Position numbers and translations under genes: made by a program. Source: Eubacteriales bacterium (GTDB lineage Bacteria; Bacillota; Clostridia; Oscillospirales; QAKW01). From it: 48,943 bases of DNA. Location of the stretch: assembly GCA_045544795.1 (NCBI GenBank), contig JAZPZR010000123.1, positions 1-48,943 on the forward strand, read 5' to 3'. Below are positions 44,171 to 48,943 of this stretch, one piece after another (the stretch's first letter is position 1; the number at the start of each line of letters is the position of its first letter). The notes below the pieces were generated by a model that saw nothing but the letters and a program-made list of their open reading frames with translations, was not told where the DNA came from and ran no database searches.

Positions 44171-45262
44171 CTAAAAGGTGGTTTCAAGCGCGACCGTTTT
44201 GCCTGTTTCTATCGCCTCGGGGATTTTGCACATAATTTCAAGCACATGGCGGGCGTGTTCAGCTGAAAGTACGGGGCTCATATCTCCCTCTATCGCCTCG
44301 ATAATGTCGCGCAGGCAGCAGCACTGACTGTTCAGCTTTTTGGGCGGGTTTGCACCCTTCATCGGTGTTATCCAGCCACGCATACCCAAAACCTCACTGT
44401 CTATGTATATCTCAGGTTCGGGGTTGGTCATGTACGGCTTTGTAAACGATATGGTTCCGTTATCACAGAATATCTCAAGCTGAGGTGCCTTGCTTGCCTT
44501 TTCGCAAAAGCCCGAGTCAACAACTGCCATTCTGCCCTCACCGTAGTCAAGCGTTATCACGTATTGGTCGGGGATGAGGTCGGTCTTTATCTTTTTACCG
44601 TCAAAGCCGCCAGAGCGCACTGTGCGTTCTGGCATCATCACCTTTGCCATACAGCCGATAGCCTTTGCAGGACCAAAAAGTGAGGTAACAATCTGAAGAC
44701 CGTGCACACCCATGTCAACAAGCGCGCCTGCGCCCGGCTCGAAAAACCACGACGGATCCGCCTCGCGGAACTGAAAATATTCAGGACCGCCGTGCGACAC
44801 GTTGCACTTGGCGTAAAATGCGCGACCGAGTGCGCCATCCTTTAATATCTGTTTTGCGACGTTGAGATCGTAGCGCATGGGGTGTATCGGTACGCAGACG
44901 AACTTAACCTGCATTTTCTTTGCAAGCTCTATCTGCTCTGTCAGTTTCTCTACCGTGGGGGCGGCAGGCTTTTGTGATATAAGATGCTTGCCTGCACCGA
45001 GAACTGCCATATTGATCTCATGGTGCGCCTGAATTGATGCGGCGTCAATGGCGATGTCAAAATCGCACTTTTCGATAAGCTCATACACACTCTTGTAATG
45101 ATTGGGAATGTTGTATTTCTTACATGCGGCGACGGCGCGTTCCTCAATGATATCCACCGCAGCCACGCACTCGGCATCAGCCTCCTTTGTGATGTTGGGC
45201 AGATATTGTCCGTTGGCGAACGAACCGCAGCCGATAACGGCTACCTTCCATTTTGCAGACAT
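44171..45262 (-). CDS. Gfo/Idh/MocA-family oxidoreductase
   Basis: Start moved to the ATG at 45262 (SD aaggag), giving 363 aa. WKVAVIGCGSFANGQY Rossmann motif. Confidence 0.85.
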   Translation of the reverse strand: MSAKWKVAVIGCGSFANGQYLPNITKEADAECVAAVDIIEERAVAACKKYNIPNHYKSVYELIEKCDFDIAIDAASIQAHHEINMAVLGAGKHLISQKPAAPTVEKLTEQIELAKKMQVKFVCVPIHPMRYDLNVAKQILKDGALGRAFYAKCNVSHGGPEYFQFREADPSWFFEPGAGALVDMGVHGLQIVTSLFGPAKAIGCMAKVMMPERTVRSGGFDGKKIKTDLIPDQYVITLDYGEGRMAVVDSGFCEKASKAPQLEIFCDNGTISFTKPYMTNPEPEIYIDSEVLGMRGWITPMKGANPPKKLNSQCCCLRDIIEAIEGDMSPVLSAEHARHVLEIMCKIPEAIETGKTVALETTF

Positions 45263-45399
45263 GATAGTTTTCTCCTTTTTAGTGAAAGTTTTTTTAAAAA
45301 ATTCGGGGTTTCTATTTACATTATAACTTTTTGTGATAAAATGTACATGCACGATATAGGCAAAAAGGTGGATAAAATTGTCATAAAGGGGGCAAAAAC

Positions 45400-46311
45400 A
45401 TGATTTTTGGTATTTCTGCGGGGCATCTTTTGAGCATTGACCGAGTTTATACGGTCGTTCGCAAAACCGTCTGGCAGGTCGCAGACCCCTCCCATATTCT
45501 GCTACTCATAGTCGAGGGTTACTGCCGTATCGAGATGGGCGATCTGTCCAAGGTGGTAAAGGCAGGGGATGCCGTGTTTATTCCTGCGGGACAGACCTAC
45601 CGCCGCTCACCCGTTGACGATACCTTCTGCAAGATGACCTACGTTCATTTTTCAACTGAAGAGGAGGTACGCGAGCTGGAAAACGAGGAGGCGGTCCGCA
45701 GTATTTCCGAGAGCATATCAAAAGCTGATCAACAGCTTCTTGACGGCAAAAACAATTTTGTCGCGGTGGACAGAATGCTCTATCTTTCTTATTTTAATAC
45801 GGGGTGCAGGGATGCGGTGCTGGAGCTTTACGGCGATCTTTCCAAAACCAAGGGAAACCGTTCACACGACGGACTTTATATGATATTTTCCGTCTGCCGT
45901 CTTCTTTCACTCCTCAGCTACGAGCTGCGCCATACCCTTTTTGCAGGAGATACGGATAACGAGCTGCGCCGTGTTCCTGCCAATCTTAAAAAGGCGGTGT
46001 GGTATATCAAGCAGAACGAGGCGGGGCATCTTTCTCTTGATGCGCTTTGCAGGTACTGTAACGTGTCCCCATCCCAGATGATACGCTATTTCAAGGATGC
46101 ATTCGGCAAAACGCCCATTCAGTATATAAATGAATATAAGGTAAACCGTGCAAGAGAGATGATTCAGACGACCCCCGAGCTTGCGATTAAAAACGTATGT
46201 GATGCGCTTGGCTTTGACGACCCCCATTACTTTTCGCGCATTTTTTCTAAAATCACGGGTGAATCACCCAAGGCATACAAGGACCGCGTGGTCAATTTCG
46301 GGAAAAAATAA
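45400..46311 (+). CDS. AraC-family transcriptional regulator (cupin plus HTH)
   Basis: 303 aa; C-terminal AraC HTH (..IKNVCDALGFDDPHYFSRIFSKITGESPKAY). Divergent from the oxidoreductase operon. Confidence 0.9.
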   Translation: MIFGISAGHLLSIDRVYTVVRKTVWQVADPSHILLLIVEGYCRIEMGDLSKVVKAGDAVFIPAGQTYRRSPVDDTFCKMTYVHFSTEEEVRELENEEAVRSISESISKADQQLLDGKNNFVAVDRMLYLSYFNTGCRDAVLELYGDLSKTKGNRSHDGLYMIFSVCRLLSLLSYELRHTLFAGDTDNELRRVPANLKKAVWYIKQNEAGHLSLDALCRYCNVSPSQMIRYFKDAFGKTPIQYINEYKVNRAREMIQTTPELAIKNVCDALGFDDPHYFSRIFSKITGESPKAYKDRVVNFGKK

Positions 46312-46344
46312 TAACTGCCACTTTCAATCTGAAAGTGGCAATTG

Positions 46345-46586
46345 GAGACTGTCAAAAAAGGCACAGACCGTGAAGAAAAAGATCAACCCTTACCTCCACT
46401 TGTCAGGGGAGGGGGGTCGTGTCAGCGGTGGAGAGGTAGTATAAAATATGTACAAATAAAAGGTACCATGAAAACGCTTATGTTTTCATGGGATTTCTTC
46501 ACTTTCCGTGAACTCGTTCTCTACCGTACCATCGTACGCCGACGAAAACGAGTTCACGAAATCTGCACTCTTTTTTGAAAGTCACA
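46345..46586. mobile_element. MITE-like repeat, copy 1 (~242 bp)
   Basis: Aligns end-to-end with 48672..48933, with a variable centre. Terminal inverted repeats gact(g/t)tcaaaaaag ... cttttttgaaagtc. Internal hairpins ccatgaaaac..gttttcatgg and cgtgaactcg..cgagttcacg. Confidence 0.75.
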
Positions 46587-46590
46587 ATTG

Positions 46591-47451
46591 TTATATTATA
46601 TTCTGATTGGGCGACTTTGCGTACTGCGACGCTGTCATGCCCGTGCGGTCGCGGAAAACACGTGAAAAATAGTGCGGGGAGGCAAAGCCTGTCGCCTGCG
46701 CTATCTCGGTGAAGTTAAGCTCACCCTCTAAAATAAGATACTTTGCGCGGATTATGCGAAGCGATATAAGATAATCAATAGGTCCGCAGTCGCAGAAAAA
46801 CCGACATATCGACTTGAGCTTGGATATGCTGAGGGAGCATTCGGTGCTGATATCGTCAAGCGTCAGCGGTCGGTGGAGGTTTGACTTTAAATAATCGGAT
46901 ATCCTGCGGAATTCCGCCTTGCGCGCGGTGGCGCGGTTCGATTCTTTTGGCACGGGCGCGCTGTTTTTATAAAGCATCAGCAAAAACGACTCAAACTGAA
47001 GCCGTGCATACTGTATATCGGCAGGACCTGCTCCTTCTTTTATCTGCAGACTGCATCTTTTTGCATTTTCAATACAATGATCGAGCGCGTCAAACGCGCA
47101 CAAAAAGCTTTGCCGTAGCCCGCCCTCAAGTGCAAACACGCGGTTGTCAAAATGGCTCATCAGCGTGGAATTACACTCAAAGCTGATTATTTTAATAGTT
47201 GCGTTGACAGGTGTACTGCCGTCGCCCGAATGGTAGGTGTTTGGCGAAAAAAACACACAGCTTCCCGGAGGCACCGTATGCAGTTTTCCGTCAAGAATTA
47301 CGTAGTAAAACCCGCTTTCAACGTATACCACCTCGTAAAAATCGTGAAGCTCACCGCCTGAAACGCGGTCCTTCAGTATCATGTGGAAGAGCGAGTAAAA
47401 GCCCTCGACTGTCAGTACGCTCTCCGCGGTAAGCATTTGCCTTTTTAGCAT
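46591..47451 (-). CDS. AraC-family transcriptional regulator
   Basis: Start placed at the ATG 47451 (SD aaggag, 6-nt spacer), giving 286 aa. C-terminal AraC HTH (..IAQATGFASPHYFSRVFRDRTGMTASQY). Confidence 0.85.
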   Translation of the reverse strand: MLKRQMLTAESVLTVEGFYSLFHMILKDRVSGGELHDFYEVVYVESGFYYVILDGKLHTVPPGSCVFFSPNTYHSGDGSTPVNATIKIISFECNSTLMSHFDNRVFALEGGLRQSFLCAFDALDHCIENAKRCSLQIKEGAGPADIQYARLQFESFLLMLYKNSAPVPKESNRATARKAEFRRISDYLKSNLHRPLTLDDISTECSLSISKLKSICRFFCDCGPIDYLISLRIIRAKYLILEGELNFTEIAQATGFASPHYFSRVFRDRTGMTASQYAKSPNQNII

Positions 47452-47579
47452 AAGCTTCTCCTTTTTAACCTGATAGTGCAAAAAATATGCCAAATTCTCC
47501 ATATACAGAGACAAAAACAGCGTATATAATGTAATCATACAGTCATGATACTGAATTTGTCAAGTGAAAGGATAAAACT

Positions 47580-48644
47580 ATGGAAAAAATAAGACTGGGA
47601 CTTGTCGGTTGCGGCGGAATGATGGCACAGCACGTTCAGGGCGTGCTGATGGTCGACACGGTTGAAATAGTTGCAACCTGCGACATTGTTGAAGAAAGGG
47701 CAAAGACCGTTGCCGATGCGCTCGGCGGGAAAGCCAAAACCTTTACAAACTACGTTGATATGGTGGATATGGTAGATGCGGTCATGATAGCGCTCCCGCA
47801 CGATCTGCATTTTGAGTGCGGTATGTTCTTTGCGATGAACGATAAGCATATCCTTATGGAAAAACCGCTTTGCAACAGCGAGCGCGAGTGTGAGATACTT
47901 ATTGAAGAGTGTGAAAAGAGAAAACTCAAGCTTATGTGCGCATATCCCGTCCGCTTCTGGCCGGGCATCCGCAAGCTTAAAGAGCTTATCGACTCGGGCG
48001 AGTACGGTGAAGTAATACAGATGTCGGTATGGACCGAGCAGCTGACGGGCATTAACGTAAGATACGACGACCCGACGCAGAATCAGGTGTGGTCAAATAC
48101 AAGCCGTCTTGGCGGCGGTCAGCTTTTCAGTCACGGCTGTCACTACGTTGATATAATTCTTTGGTTTCTCGGTGAGCCGGTAAGCGGCGCTCATATGGGT
48201 ACGCGTAACGGCACACCCTGGATGATAGAAGAGGGAACAAGCGCGCTTGTGATGAAGTTTGAAGGCGGGGCAGTTGCCTATCACGGCGCGACCTGGGGCG
48301 CACGCGGCACAAGACTTGGCTACGATTTCCAGATACAGACTGAAAAGGGCATGCTTGAGTATGACCATAAGCTCGGCGAGGTAAAGCTGTATAACCGCAA
48401 TAAGATTCATAATCCGGGACAGAGCGAGACACAGGAGTATGAAATTTTGTGGAAGCGCGAGGGTAAAAGATCAAAGGAAACGCAGTATGAGATCGCGCAT
48501 TTTGCCGACTGCGTACTTAACGATAAGACCCCGCTTACAAACGGTCGCTCTGCGCTTCAGGGCCTGCGCGTTATCTGGGCGCTGTACAATGCCGAGAAAA
48601 ACAATACGCTTGCAGACCTCCGAGGTCTCGGCATTAAAGACTAA
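47580..48644 (+). CDS. Gfo/Idh/MocA-family oxidoreductase
   Basis: 354 aa; IRLGLVGCGGMMAQHV Rossmann motif and MEKPL. Confidence 0.85.
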   Translation: MEKIRLGLVGCGGMMAQHVQGVLMVDTVEIVATCDIVEERAKTVADALGGKAKTFTNYVDMVDMVDAVMIALPHDLHFECGMFFAMNDKHILMEKPLCNSERECEILIEECEKRKLKLMCAYPVRFWPGIRKLKELIDSGEYGEVIQMSVWTEQLTGINVRYDDPTQNQVWSNTSRLGGGQLFSHGCHYVDIILWFLGEPVSGAHMGTRNGTPWMIEEGTSALVMKFEGGAVAYHGATWGARGTRLGYDFQIQTEKGMLEYDHKLGEVKLYNRNKIHNPGQSETQEYEILWKREGKRSKETQYEIAHFADCVLNDKTPLTNGRSALQGLRVIWALYNAEKNNTLADLRGLGIKD

Positions 48645-48647
48645 TTA

Positions 48648-48671
48648 AAAAGGACACGGTTTCGTGTCCTT
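48648..48671. terminator. terminator-type hairpin, inverted twin of 37844..37869
   Basis: aaaaggacacg-gtt-tcgtgtcctt. Confidence 0.6.
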
Positions 48672-48933
48672 GAGACTTTCAAAAAAGGCACAGACCGTGA
48701 AGAAAAGGAACACTCTGATTTGCCTCCACTTGTCAGGGGAGGTGTCGAGCGAAGCGAGACGGAGGGGTAGTAGGGGAGGATATTATCCTCCCGCAACAGC
48801 AAATAAAACATCCCATGAAAACACTAACGTTTTCATGGGATTTCTTCACTTTCCGCGAACTCGCTCTCTACCGTACCATTGTACGCCGACGAGCGCGAGT
48901 TCACGAAATCTGCACTCTTTTTTGAAAGTCACA
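48672..48933. mobile_element. MITE-like repeat, copy 2 (~262 bp)
   Basis: Same termini and internal hairpins as 46345..46586, in the same orientation. Confidence 0.75.
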
Positions 48934-48943
48934 TCAGAGTGTC

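Overview
48.9-kb chromosomal window from a spore-forming Firmicute, probably Clostridia (SLH wall protein, cotJABC, RNase J, class A PBP). No rRNA, tRNA or CRISPR array was seen. Family names are pattern recognition from the translated ORFs; no database search was run. (1) 1..17.2 kb holds housekeeping and envelope genes: a lipoprotein, XRE plus an SLH surface protein, two LtaS-family sulfatases, a PHP phosphoesterase, RNase J, PBP1A, a CPBP protease and cotJA/cotJB. REP-like CTCCC..GGGAG palindromic repeats separate them. (2) The spore-coat gene cotJC is cut in two (17218..17406 and 31311..31721) by a visibly AT-richer 13,904-bp integrated element bounded by the direct 9-mer GTGGGCACC. The element carries a large serine recombinase whose ORF runs across attL. 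After excision that ORF would fuse in frame to a 67-codon open frame at the other end. Other cargo: a DUF927-like P-loop helicase, two DUF3846 paralogues, DUF1643, a Mor-type activator, a 1449-aa membrane-anchored collagen-like/LRR protein, and a SAMHD1/EF1143-like HD dNTPase with a small YwgA/Panacea-like partner. There are no phage structural genes. The element also holds a 108-nt nested inverted-repeat structure and a promoter-leader-terminator unit. (3) 31.8..37.8 kb holds LacI plus MFS, a second AT-rich islet (WYL regulator, two small unknown proteins, and a 60-codon open extension behind an in-frame TAA), and an EEP lipoprotein. (4) 37.9..48.6 kb is a catabolic cluster: an atypical glycyl-radical enzyme (Cys loop GCNW), its activase, four (plus one) Gfo/Idh/MocA oxidoreductases and two AraC regulators, with two ~250-bp MITE-like repeats.
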